From a virus, in the IMG/VR virus record IMGVR_UViG_3300034061_002899: DNA of 64,000 bases, one strand, 5' to 3'. Positions 10,604-19,978 of the stretch are shown in pieces. The translations under genes and the position numbers were made by a program. Every line of letters starts with the position of its first letter. Within the stretch, counting starts at the first letter, position 1. A model generated the notes under the pieces. That model saw nothing but the letters and a program-made list of their open reading frames with translations. It did not search any database and was not told where the DNA came from.

Positions 10604-11328
10604 TTCTTAGTGTAAACAAAGTATAATCTATCGTTGGCATCTTTCTTAAAGGCATCTAACTTTAGATTGTACTTCTCAGCAAACTCATTTACAACTTCAA
10701 AACTCCAAGGGAATATATCAACATAAGGCCCTGTCTTGTGCGGAATACCTGGATTAGCTCTTAAATAGAATTTCCCACCCTTTTTCAATAGATTGACACA
10801 ATGTTCAAATCGTACTTCAATCTCATCCTTACTGTTAAAGTTAATTGATCCAAGTGCTAGTATTACATCATATGATTTTGGTTTAACTTTATACTCTAAG
10901 ATATCAACTTCATAGTCAGCTTGATTGTTGTATGGATCAATACCAATCAGATTCTGAATGCGGCCCTTGAACGGATGATATCCACAACCAACATCAAGTA
11001 CTTTCTCTGGGTTTAGTTTATTAACTTCATCAGCAAGTTCCCAACCAGTATGCTCATAGTCTCCTGTTCTTGGCTTCCAAATCTCACTAAAAAATCTTAG
11101 GATATATCGTTCTGATAAGTCACTGACAATATCTTTCAGTGAACCCACATAATCACAGGGTAGTTGTAGTTCAGCTTCTACTGCATCCTTAAATTTACTA
11201 TATCGTGCGGGTGTCCAAGGTAAGTCTTGTACAATAGTTTGTTCAGTTATAGAAATTTTGGAATACTTGGGTAAATTAAACGCAAGTTGTAAATTTTCTT
11301 GTAAAAGATTAAAAATTTTAGTATTCAT
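10600..11328 (-). CDS. Class I SAM-dependent methyltransferase with an extra N-terminal domain
   Basis: VLDVGCG, GIDP, YDVILALGSI and LLKKGG motifs. Confidence 0.85.
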   Translation of the reverse strand: MNTKIFNLLQENLQLAFNLPKYSKISITEQTIVQDLPWTPARYSKFKDAVEAELQLPCDYVGSLKDIVSDLSERYILRFFSEIWKPRTGDYEHTGWELADEVNKLNPEKVLDVGCGYHPFKGRIQNLIGIDPYNNQADYEVDILEYKVKPKSYDVILALGSINFNSKDEIEVRFEHCVNLLKKGGKFYLRANPGIPHKTGPYVDIFPWSFEVVNEFAEKYNLKLDAFKKDANDRLYFVYTKN

Positions 11329-11387
11329 ATGATTTTTTATAAAATGGACTAAATAATAGTCACATCATATTTATTCTTGGAGGAAAG

Positions 11388-12350
11388 ATGAAAAAAATAT
11401 TAGTAACATTATTCGCATTATTCACGTTGTCAGCATTTGCATGGCAACCGACGAAACCAGTCAAAGTATTAGTAGGTTTTGCACCCGGATCAGGTAATGA
11501 AATCTCATTTAGAAAAGCATCAAGTATCGTGGAGAAAAACAACCCTGGCACAAATTTCATAATTGAAAACAAGCCCGGTGCTGATGCTGTAGTTTCACAG
11601 AACTTATTATTTAACGCAGAGAAAAATGGATTGACAATCAGCGTTCCTAGTCATATGAGTTTATTTATAACTAATGACATTTGGCAACAGGATGTAAAAA
11701 AGTTTCAATATAATTCTTTTAATAATGTGGTAACGCTTGGACAAAGTCCATTAGCATTAGTAGCTAATAAATCAAGCCTAGTTGACACGCCACAACAATT
11801 CTTAGCAACAGTTCAATCTAGCCATAGAAATATAAACATTGCTGTAGGTGGTGGAGCACATCAAATGGCATACGAATACATCATGCTAAAAACAAAAGGT
11901 GACAAAGACAAAATTCGTGCTGTAAGATATGGTGGACCTCAACAAGCAGTTACTGCTGTAGCCGGCGATAAAGAAGTAGAATTTGGTATTATGCCAATAG
12001 CTATAGCAAGACCATTAATTGACGCAGGAAAAGTAAAATTGGTAGGTCTTACTGGAGATAAGGTTCCTGGAAAAATTGCAGGTGCCCCTTTACTTGAAGA
12101 TAGTATCCCGGGCATTAGTGTTTATGCTGGTTGGATGGTGAGTTTGCCTCCTGAAACACCTACGGAGATATTAATCTGGTATCAAATTGAGTTTAGCAAA
12201 GCAATAAAAAGTGACGAGTATAAAGAGTGGGCTTACAATAATTATATTTTGATTGACGAAAAGCAATTAAATACAGACGGTGTTAAAGCATATGCTGAAA
12301 CATTAAGAAAGAATTTTAAACCTATCATAACACAATTAAGTAAAAAATGA
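11388..12350 (+). CDS. Bug/TctC tripartite tricarboxylate transporter substrate-binding protein
   Basis: Signal peptide; P.KPV..LVGFAPG, ENKPGA, VRYGG....TAVAG and GKVKL motifs. Confidence 0.85.
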   Translation: MKKILVTLFALFTLSAFAWQPTKPVKVLVGFAPGSGNEISFRKASSIVEKNNPGTNFIIENKPGADAVVSQNLLFNAEKNGLTISVPSHMSLFITNDIWQQDVKKFQYNSFNNVVTLGQSPLALVANKSSLVDTPQQFLATVQSSHRNINIAVGGGAHQMAYEYIMLKTKGDKDKIRAVRYGGPQQAVTAVAGDKEVEFGIMPIAIARPLIDAGKVKLVGLTGDKVPGKIAGAPLLEDSIPGISVYAGWMVSLPPETPTEILIWYQIEFSKAIKSDEYKEWAYNNYILIDEKQLNTDGVKAYAETLRKNFKPIITQLSKK

Positions 12351-12967
12351 AATATATCTTTGTAGCAGGTGCCCCCGGTAGTAAGTGGAGTAGCGTAGTA
12401 AAGAACATTTACTATAGTCCTAACGTAGACCAATCTGATTACAGTGATAGTAGAACATACTACCATGATGCATCTGGTAAAAATGAACTAATGCATTTGG
12501 GCGCATACTATGATCCTGGTATGGAGTTTGGTAAACTGTTCCATCGTCTACCTATGTATGACAAAGAAACATTAGAACGTGACTTTGATGAAGCGTTCAC
12601 TGGTGAAGGAGTTCGTATCGTTAAAAGTCACGTGTTTAGTAATCACATTGATTTCATAAAAGAAACATGGCCTGATTGTCCTATCATTTTAGTACATCGT
12701 CCTGATGATGCTTGTTTAGGATGGTGGGTTAAATGTGGTCACTTTGACATTACATACCCTGACTATAGTGAATACTATCAGAACTTAAAAGTAATGGCTA
12801 CTAAGATTAAAGAACAGAATCAAGGTATCATTAAAGCAACATATAAGTATCCTAGCAAACTCCCATTAACTAATCACATGCTATGTAAGATGCTAAATAT
12901 AGAACTACCACCGAGCGAGTATGAACAAAGCTACGGGGCATCAGATGTAAGGGTAACAGTAATATGA
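12347..12967 (+). CDS. P-loop/sulfotransferase-like protein
   Basis: IFVAGAPGSKWS N-terminal loop; IVKSH; IILVHRP. Confidence 0.5.
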   Translation: MKYIFVAGAPGSKWSSVVKNIYYSPNVDQSDYSDSRTYYHDASGKNELMHLGAYYDPGMEFGKLFHRLPMYDKETLERDFDEAFTGEGVRIVKSHVFSNHIDFIKETWPDCPIILVHRPDDACLGWWVKCGHFDITYPDYSEYYQNLKVMATKIKEQNQGIIKATYKYPSKLPLTNHMLCKMLNIELPPSEYEQSYGASDVRVTVI

Positions 12968-13647
12968 TAAGTAGTTGGGAACAAAGTAAAAAACGTAGTA
13001 ATTATCATTTTGATAACTTTAAAAACGATTCACAAGTTGATAAAGTAATTAAGATTGGTAAGATTTTAGCAGACTATACAGAAGATGTTAAACATGCAGT
13101 AAAGACAGCTAAACCAGCAACATGGCGTACACGTGGTGCTGTAGGTAAAACTAGACCTGAAGAAGAATTAGCCGCAGAGGACTATGATTTAGAACGATTC
13201 GGTTACGGCAAAGATTATCAAATCACGCACTTGAATTGGGAAATAACTCCTAATCTAAAAAAGATTAGTGACTTGTTTGGACTAGATGATTGCATGGAAC
13301 GTATTCACGTACAGATGCCCGGTGAAGTTTGGAACTTACATTTAGACAAATTAGAGAAATGGTTACCAAATGAGCCATGGCGTGTAATACGTATTCAAGT
13401 AGCATTAACTGACTGGGAACAAGGACATTTCTGGAGTTATGGTAATTATAATCATCAACAATGGCGTGCAGGTGATGTAACAACATTTGATTGGCAAAAT
13501 ATCCCTCATTCTACTGCTAATGCAGGTCATAATCCTAGAGTTACATATCAGTTAACCGGTATTATCACAGAAAAAACTAATGATTTCTTAAAGAGATTAG
13601 CACGTTTTGAAAAACACGAATTAAATGAGAGATCAAATGATTGGTAA
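12964..13647 (+). CDS. Cupin/2OG-Fe(II) dioxygenase-like protein
   Basis: PGE...LHLD and PHSTANAG..PR (HxD...H triad). Confidence 0.65.
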   Translation: MISSWEQSKKRSNYHFDNFKNDSQVDKVIKIGKILADYTEDVKHAVKTAKPATWRTRGAVGKTRPEEELAAEDYDLERFGYGKDYQITHLNWEITPNLKKISDLFGLDDCMERIHVQMPGEVWNLHLDKLEKWLPNEPWRVIRIQVALTDWEQGHFWSYGNYNHQQWRAGDVTTFDWQNIPHSTANAGHNPRVTYQLTGIITEKTNDFLKRLARFEKHELNERSNDW

Positions 13648-13650
13648 GAA

Positions 13651-13738
13651 CACACCTTAGGACCGGTACTCGTTACCGTGGTGTAGCCGGCTGCTGGCTT
13701 GACGTATGAATTCGCTACTCAGAAGTCTAAAGTGAGCT
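13651..13738 (+). ncRNA. Candidate structured RNA (multi-stem with possible pseudoknot), family not identified
   Basis: GC-rich intergenic island with stems ACACC/GGTGT, CGGTA/TACCG, AGCCGG/CTGGCT and GAC..TGA/TCA..GTC; loop TTCGCT can pair with AGTGAG. Confidence 0.55.
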
Positions 13739-13772
13739 TTAATGATAAATACTATACTAAGGAGCATATACT

Positions 13773-14006
13773 ATGCAACAACATGTCTACACCTCATCAA
13801 AGGGCGAATCATTCCTATCATGGGACGACTGGGCTCACGCAACTTTATCTCCTGCAGATTTAGAAGTTTATATGGATCCCGTTACTGAGGGCGCACCGAT
13901 GCCACCGGAAAAACTAGCACTATATAGTCGTTGGGTACAAGAAGAACAAATTATCTCACACGTTGTTATGGAAGATGGTGCTGTAGTAATGGAATATGAT
14001 ATCTAA
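13773..14006 (+). CDS. Hypothetical protein
   Basis: GATAAATA motif and AAGGAG RBS upstream. Confidence 0.7.
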   Translation: MQQHVYTSSKGESFLSWDDWAHATLSPADLEVYMDPVTEGAPMPPEKLALYSRWVQEEQIISHVVMEDGAVVMEYDI

Positions 14007-14568
14007 TAATTTTATAGCAGAATCAGCCGCAGATGAGTTAGCTAAAAAGCTACCCTCATTAGCTAAACACGACTATGATACCATTGACAAATTAATGAGA
14101 AGCATTGCCAACCGACATAGTATGAGCGGTAATGCATTACATGACTTATTTGTAAGAAAATATAAAAGAACGCCTGATAATTGGATTAATCATAAATTAG
14201 ATGAGGGTGATGATTCTGATTTGCAACAAGAAGTTGATAAATTCTGTGATTGGGCTTGTAAGCGTTTACATATAAAAAGTAAGCCACATATCGAACTAAG
14301 TATGGATACTGAAGAAGCACAAGATAATCATCATACCGGTGGTCATCAAATGGGTGCTGACAGTATTTGGGTATATGTAAATAATCGTAACCTAGTAGAT
14401 ATACTACGTACAGTATTCCATGAATTAGTTCACGTTCGTCAAGGTGAACTAGATATGATTAAGCCGGGTGATAGTTACCCAGGTAGCCCAATTGAAGCAA
14501 TGGCAGATATGCTTGCGGGCAAATACATCAAAATTTACGGCGAACAGAACCATCATATCTTTCAATAA
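13996..14568 (+). CDS. Putative virion protein with a C-terminal HExxH metallopeptidase-like domain
   Basis: MISNNFIAE N-terminus; LDE junction; RTVFHELVHVRQ...E..AD. Confidence 0.65.
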   Translation: MISNNFIAESAADELAKKLPSLAKHDYDTIDKLMRSIANRHSMSGNALHDLFVRKYKRTPDNWINHKLDEGDDSDLQQEVDKFCDWACKRLHIKSKPHIELSMDTEEAQDNHHTGGHQMGADSIWVYVNNRNLVDILRTVFHELVHVRQGELDMIKPGDSYPGSPIEAMADMLAGKYIKIYGEQNHHIFQ

Positions 14569-14594
14569 AACATAATCTATGCTATAATGCATAG

Positions 14595-15191
14595 ATGATC
14601 AAGTTAACAGTCCCATTACCCAAACAAGTTACCGTAGCATTTAGTGGTGGCGTGGACAGTTGCGCTGTTGTTGACTTCCTAAGCCGTAAGCATGATGTGT
14701 CTTGTGTATACTTCCATCATGGTACTGAACATAGTAACAAAGCATTAGACTTTGTATCTAAATACTGTGAGGATAGAAATCTACCAATGTATTTGGGTAT
14801 ATTAAATCGTAAAAAACCTAAATCAATGAGCCAAGAAGAATTCTGGAGAGAAGAACGCTATCAATATTTTGCTAAACATGGACCAATCATTACCTGTCAT
14901 CATTTGGATGATTGTGTTGAAACATATATTTGGTCGGCACTGCATGGCACACCCAAAGTTATTCCGCTCACACGTGGTAATGTATTGCGACCGTTTTTAA
15001 CTACCCGAAAACAAGATTTTGTATATTGGTGTGAGAGCCACAATATTGAATGGTGTGAAGATAACTCAAATAAAAATCCCAAATACACACGCAACTATAT
15101 CCGTAATGAGATGATGCCACATGTATTGAAAGTCAATCCGGGTATTCATACTTTGGTCAAGAAGATTGTAGAAGGAAAGAAAAACACTTGA
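14595..15191 (+). CDS. tilS: TilS-like PP-loop ATPase (catalytic domain only)
   Basis: SGGVDS, HH, R..RY, HHLDDCVET, RPFL, EDNSN and RNYIR motifs. Confidence 0.8.
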   Translation: MIKLTVPLPKQVTVAFSGGVDSCAVVDFLSRKHDVSCVYFHHGTEHSNKALDFVSKYCEDRNLPMYLGILNRKKPKSMSQEEFWREERYQYFAKHGPIITCHHLDDCVETYIWSALHGTPKVIPLTRGNVLRPFLTTRKQDFVYWCESHNIEWCEDNSNKNPKYTRNYIRNEMMPHVLKVNPGIHTLVKKIVEGKKNT

Positions 15192-15216
15192 CTTCTCTAC
15201 ATAACCCATGTATACT
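15188..15216 (+). promoter_or_regulatory. Sigma70-type promoter TTGACT-17-TATACT
   Basis: 17-bp spacing; upstream of the dsbA-like/polymerase genes. Confidence 0.7.
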
Positions 15217-15239
15217 AACTAATTATTTAAGGAGAACCT

Positions 15240-15506
15240 ATGTCAGACTATAATCGTTCGTTTAACAACGAAGCTAAAATCAAACTAACACAATTGGTAA
15301 ATGAGGGCATGACAGTCCTACATGAAATCGACACATTGAATGGTGGTTTGAATGACACTATCAAAGCAGTGGCAGAAGAACTTGAAATCAAGGCTTCTAC
15401 ATTGAAAAAAGCAATTAAGATTGCTCACAAAGCAAGCCTAGGTCAAACTAACAAAGACCATGATGAACTCAACACTATCTTGGAAACAGTCGGCAAAACT
15501 CTATGA
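15240..15506 (+). CDS. T4 DsbA/GapR-like dsDNA-binding protein
   Basis: Size, helical pattern (EID.L...L.D.IK.VAEEL.I....LKKAI) and position beside the polymerase. Confidence 0.6.
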   Translation: MSDYNRSFNNEAKIKLTQLVNEGMTVLHEIDTLNGGLNDTIKAVAEELEIKASTLKKAIKIAHKASLGQTNKDHDELNTILETVGKTL

Positions 15507-16114
15507 GTCGATTGATTACATTCGGGTGCTCATATACGTATGGGCATGGTTTAGAAGATTGTCATATTGAACCTAAATCCCATGGCCCAAATCCTAGCAA
15601 ATATGCATGGCCTAATTTGCTAGGACAAATGTTAGGATTAGATGTAGTTAATTGTAGTGACCCCGGGGCAAGCAATATACATATATTGTGGAAATTGTTA
15701 AATTTTGACTTTACAGATGATGATCTGTGTGTTATAATGTGGAGTCACTTTGGTAGAGAACCGTTTAGTAATTTAAAATACGATTCGGACAATATCGATT
15801 GGGATAACTATGAAGATAGCGTAGTAAAATCACTACCTACTTTAAGTAAGGAAAACATTGTTATCAGAAACATTATAGATATCCATCATGGTTATTTACA
15901 TTTAACAAACAAAAATATAAAACATTTGTTTATTATAGGGCCGATCGATGTGCTCTTGTATAAATTTCCGAATATAGAAATACCAACACTAATGAAAGAT
16001 ATTTTCATTAAAAAATATTTAGTTGATAGAGCATTAGACGGTATGCACCCAGGCCCTAATACTCATATGAATATTGCAAAAGAATTATTGGATAAAATAA
16101 ATGTCATACATTGA
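15503..16114 (+). CDS. SGNH/GDSL-like hydrolase or acyltransferase
   Basis: FGCSYTYG, GASN, WS and D.MHPG motifs. Confidence 0.65.
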   Translation: MSRLITFGCSYTYGHGLEDCHIEPKSHGPNPSKYAWPNLLGQMLGLDVVNCSDPGASNIHILWKLLNFDFTDDDLCVIMWSHFGREPFSNLKYDSDNIDWDNYEDSVVKSLPTLSKENIVIRNIIDIHHGYLHLTNKNIKHLFIIGPIDVLLYKFPNIEIPTLMKDIFIKKYLVDRALDGMHPGPNTHMNIAKELLDKINVIH

Positions 16115-18809
16115 TGCAATTCACAGTAGGGACGAAGACCGTATCTATGTAGTAGAACGGGATAAGAATGGCAAACGCCAGTACAAAGAATACCCTACTA
16201 ACTATGTAATGTATTATCCTGATCCTAAGGGTAAGCATCGTAGTATCTATGGCAATCCAGTTAGTCGTTTCAGTACACGCAAACGCACAGAGTTTGAAAA
16301 AGAAAAGCGTATCCATTCAGGTAAAACATTGTTTGAATCTGATATCAATGTAGTCTTTCGTTGTCTAAGCGAGAACTATCTTAAAGTTGATGCTCCTAAA
16401 CTTCATACTTGTTTCTTTGACATTGAGGTGGACTTTGATCCTGTTAAAGGTTTCAGTCCAACATCAGACCCATTTAATCCTGTAACTGCTATCAGTTGTT
16501 ACTTAGATTGGCTTGACCAATGCATTACTCTTGTTGTTGCGCCCAAACACATGAGTCCAGAGACAGCACAAGAGATTGTTAATGAATTTGAAAACACAAT
16601 GCTATTCACTGGTGAAAAGGAAATGTTTGATGTTTTCTTTCAACTAATTGAAGATGCTGATGTATTAACTGGCTGGAACTCAGAGGGCTATGATATTCCC
16701 TATATGGTCAATCGTGTTACTAGAGTGATGAGTAAGGATGACACACGCAAGTTTTGCTTGATGGGTCAACTGCCCAAGCCTAGAGAATACGAACGATTCG
16801 GTAAAAGTGAAACAACTTATGACTTAGTAGGTCGTATTCACATGGACTATTTACAGTTGTACAAAAAGTATAACTATGAATCACGCCACAGTTATAAACT
16901 TGACTCTATCGGTGAGATGGAGGTCGGTGAAAACAAAACGCAATATGAAGGTACTCTTGACCAGTTGTATAACAAAGACTTTAAAAAGTTCATTGAATAC
17001 AACAGACAAGATACGATGTTGTTGGTGAAGATTCACAACAAACTTAAGTTTTTAGAATTAGCTAATCAACTTGCACATGAAAACACAGTACTGCTCCCAA
17101 CAGTTATGGGTTCAGTTGCAATGATTGAGATGGCAATTTTTAATGAGGCTCACGAACGTGGGTTAGTTGTTCCAGATAAAAAACGAAAGGTTGAAAATGC
17201 AGAAGAAGTCCAGCAGGCAGCAGGTGCCTATGTTGCTACGCCGAAAAGAGGAATGCACGAATGGGTCGGCGCCGTCGACATTAACTCACTCTATCCCTCG
17301 GTTATTCGTGCCGTCAACATGGGTGGAGAAACGATTGTCGCACAAGTCAGACAAACACTAACTGACCATTACATGAAAGAAAAAGGTCGCAATCTCGCTG
17401 AAGGAAAGAAATATTTCAAAGAAGGCGATGAAGATGTGACTGGTGCTATATTATGGGAGAACCTGTTTGGTTCACTAGAATATACTTCTATTATGAACCA
17501 AGAGCGTGGCACAATGCTAACTGTAGATTACGAAGATGGTCGCAGTGAAGAAATGTCAGCCGCAGAAGTATGGAAGATGGTCTTTGATAGTCATAAGCCC
17601 TGGATGTTAAGTGCTAATGGTACAATCTTTACTTATGAAAAAGAAGGCGTTGTTCCTGGTCTACTCAGTCGATGGTACTCAGAGCGTAAAGAGACACAGA
17701 AACTTGCTAAAGAAGCGTACGGAACTGACAAATATGAATATTACGATAAGCGTCAGCTTGTTCGTAAGATTTTATTAAACTCAGCTTATGGTGCACTATT
17801 GAATGAACATTGTCGGTTCTATGATAAGCGTATCGGTCAATCTGTTACACTAAGTGGTCGTCAAATTGTTAGACACATGATGAGTACCATCAATGAATCT
17901 GTGACTGGTGATTACAATCACGAAGGTCCTGCAATCGTATATGGTGATACTGACTCATGTTATTTCACAGCATATCCTGCTCTTAAACCTCAGATTGATA
18001 GCGGTGAATTGACTTGGGACAAAGAAACTTGTATCGGATTATATGATGGCATTGCTGACCAAGCTAATGAATCGTTCCCAGCATTCATGGAGAAAGCATT
18101 TCATGCTCCAAGAAAGAATGGTGCTATCATTAAAGCTGGTCGTGAATTGATTGGTGATCGTAGTATCTTTATCACTAAGAAGCGTTATGCTATCAACATC
18201 TTTGATAAAGAAGGCAAGCGTAAAGACAAAGACGGTGCATTAGGTGATATCAAGGCTATGGGTCTTGACTTGAAACGTGCTGATACCCCTAAGTATGTGC
18301 AAGAATTCTTAATGGATGTGCTTGAGATGGTTCTTCAACGAGGTAAAAATCGTGAGGAAGTCATTGAGCGTGTTAAAGAGTTTAAGCGTGTACTAGTTGA
18401 ACAAGACAGTTGGACTAAGGGTTCACCTAAATCAGTTAACAACTTGACTAAGCATACACAAGTGTTTGAAAAGACAGGCAAGTGTGGTGTTGGTCATGCA
18501 CGTGCCGCTATTAACTGGAACTATCTACGCAGAATGAACGGTGACAATTACAGTCAACAAATTGTTGATGGTATGAAGATTATCGTTTGTAAACTGAAAC
18601 CCAATCCATTAGGCTTCAACAGTATTGCTTATCCGGTTGATGAATTACGATTGCCTACTTGGTTTAAAGAGTTACCATTTGATGATGGTGCAATGGAATC
18701 TACTCTAGTGGATGAAAAGGTTGACAACTTACTTGGTGTTCTTAATTGGGACATTAAGAGTAACATTGATGTTAAATCGACATTTGATGATTTATTCTCA
18801 TTTGGTTAA
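16101..18809 (+). CDS. Family B DNA polymerase (T4 gp43-like)
   Basis: Exonuclease motifs FDIE, WN...YDIPY, YN.QD; polymerase motifs DINSLYPS, KILLNSAYG, YGDTDS, KKRY. Confidence 0.97.
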   Translation: MSYIDAIHSRDEDRIYVVERDKNGKRQYKEYPTNYVMYYPDPKGKHRSIYGNPVSRFSTRKRTEFEKEKRIHSGKTLFESDINVVFRCLSENYLKVDAPKLHTCFFDIEVDFDPVKGFSPTSDPFNPVTAISCYLDWLDQCITLVVAPKHMSPETAQEIVNEFENTMLFTGEKEMFDVFFQLIEDADVLTGWNSEGYDIPYMVNRVTRVMSKDDTRKFCLMGQLPKPREYERFGKSETTYDLVGRIHMDYLQLYKKYNYESRHSYKLDSIGEMEVGENKTQYEGTLDQLYNKDFKKFIEYNRQDTMLLVKIHNKLKFLELANQLAHENTVLLPTVMGSVAMIEMAIFNEAHERGLVVPDKKRKVENAEEVQQAAGAYVATPKRGMHEWVGAVDINSLYPSVIRAVNMGGETIVAQVRQTLTDHYMKEKGRNLAEGKKYFKEGDEDVTGAILWENLFGSLEYTSIMNQERGTMLTVDYEDGRSEEMSAAEVWKMVFDSHKPWMLSANGTIFTYEKEGVVPGLLSRWYSERKETQKLAKEAYGTDKYEYYDKRQLVRKILLNSAYGALLNEHCRFYDKRIGQSVTLSGRQIVRHMMSTINESVTGDYNHEGPAIVYGDTDSCYFTAYPALKPQIDSGELTWDKETCIGLYDGIADQANESFPAFMEKAFHAPRKNGAIIKAGRELIGDRSIFITKKRYAINIFDKEGKRKDKDGALGDIKAMGLDLKRADTPKYVQEFLMDVLEMVLQRGKNREEVIERVKEFKRVLVEQDSWTKGSPKSVNNLTKHTQVFEKTGKCGVGHARAAINWNYLRRMNGDNYSQQIVDGMKIIVCKLKPNPLGFNSIAYPVDELRLPTWFKELPFDDGAMESTLVDEKVDNLLGVLNWDIKSNIDVKSTFDDLFSFG

Positions 18810-18817
18810 ATTGCTTA

Positions 18818-18846
18818 TTGACATTCGCAATAAATGCCATTATAAT
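18818..18846 (+). promoter_or_regulatory. Sigma70 promoter TTGACA-17-TATAAT
   Basis: Perfect consensus upstream of the clamp gene. Confidence 0.8.
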
Positions 18847-18890
18847 ACACAGCATAACTACCTAAATAGTACTATACATAAAGGAAAAAC

Positions 18891-19619
18891 ATGAAAGACT
18901 ATCTTAAAGACTTAATCGACCATACACATGGTCTTGGTATCGATTTGATTAAAATCACAGGTACTGACACAGAAACACAATTCAATGCTATTGCAGAAGA
19001 TAAAAGTGTTATTGTTAGCGGTACATTTAAAAACCCTATTCACGACTTCATGGGTGTGTTTGGTATGCCTAACTTAGGTAAACTAAAAACAATCGTTGGA
19101 TTTGATGAGTATGATGAACATGCTAAAATCAATGTGTCTAAAACACAACGTGATGGTGAAGATGTTCCCGGTGCAATTCACTTTGAAACAAAGACAGGTG
19201 ACTTTATCAATGACTATCGTTTGATGTACAGAACAGTTGTTGAAGAAAAGATTAAATCAGTTGGCTTTAAAACTCCACCATGGAACGTTAGCTTTGAGCC
19301 TACAATCGCAGGTGTTCAGCGTTTGAAAAAACAAGCACAAGCTAATAGCGAAGAAGAACATTTTGTTGCTAAAACAGATGGTGATGACTTGAAATTCTAT
19401 TTCGGTGATCCATCAACACACAGCGGTAGTTTTGTGTTTCATCCACAAGTAGGTGGTACATTGACTAAGAGCTGGTACTGGCCCGTTAAACAAGTCATCG
19501 GTATTATGGATCTAGTCGGTGATAAGATTGTTCGTATCAGTGACGCTGGTGCAACAGAAATTATCGTTGATTCAGGTTTAGCTACATATTGCTTTAGACT
19601 CCCAGCACAAGCAAAATGA
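18891..19619 (+). CDS. Probable sliding clamp (gp45-like)
   Basis: About 240 aa, beta-rich, immediately after the polymerase; clamp-like C-terminus (IIVDSGLATYCFRLPA). Confidence 0.6.
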   Translation: MKDYLKDLIDHTHGLGIDLIKITGTDTETQFNAIAEDKSVIVSGTFKNPIHDFMGVFGMPNLGKLKTIVGFDEYDEHAKINVSKTQRDGEDVPGAIHFETKTGDFINDYRLMYRTVVEEKIKSVGFKTPPWNVSFEPTIAGVQRLKKQAQANSEEEHFVAKTDGDDLKFYFGDPSTHSGSFVFHPQVGGTLTKSWYWPVKQVIGIMDLVGDKIVRISDAGATEIIVDSGLATYCFRLPAQAK

Positions 19620-19978
19620 TTGATCACGTATACGGTGGCGAGTTCCTAAATGTTAACAGCCATAGGGGTTCAACTCCTTACATCAATACTACAAATCCTA
19701 TTACTGGTATGGTAGCGTATGATGGTATTAGTCAAACTATGAAAGTGTTTGATGGCACTAATTGGCTAACATTAGGTGGAGGAGTTGCTAACATTCATTT
19801 GACAGAAAATGCTGTTAGTATCTTAAAGTGGGCTGAACAGAAAATGCTAGCAGAAGCCGAGCGCAACAAATTAGCAGAAACAAACCCCGCTATTAAAGAT
19901 TTGATGGATCAAATTAAAGACAAAGAAGAACAAATTAGTATTGTTCAGTCATTGGTAAAAGAAGAAGTAAAAGTTTAA
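19616..19978 (+). CDS. Hypothetical protein
   Basis: Overlap-coupled ORF; coiled-coil C-terminus. Confidence 0.7.
   Translation: MIDHVYGGEFLNVNSHRGSTPYINTTNPITGMVAYDGISQTMKVFDGTNWLTLGGGVANIHLTENAVSILKWAEQKMLAEAERNKLAETNPAIKDLMDQIKDKEEQISIVQSLVKEEVKV

Noticed and set aside
13651-13738. tRNA gene
   Set aside because: No cloverleaf, T-loop (GTTCRA) or acceptor stem.
14595-15191. PP-loop protein as the missing QueC
   Set aside because: It has TilS motifs (HHLDD..ET, RPFL, D.SN, RN.IR) and lacks the QueC C-terminal Cys/Zn cluster.
16101-18809. Intein or intron in the DNA polymerase
   Set aside because: Continuous 902-aa ORF of normal size with all motifs and no splicing signatures.
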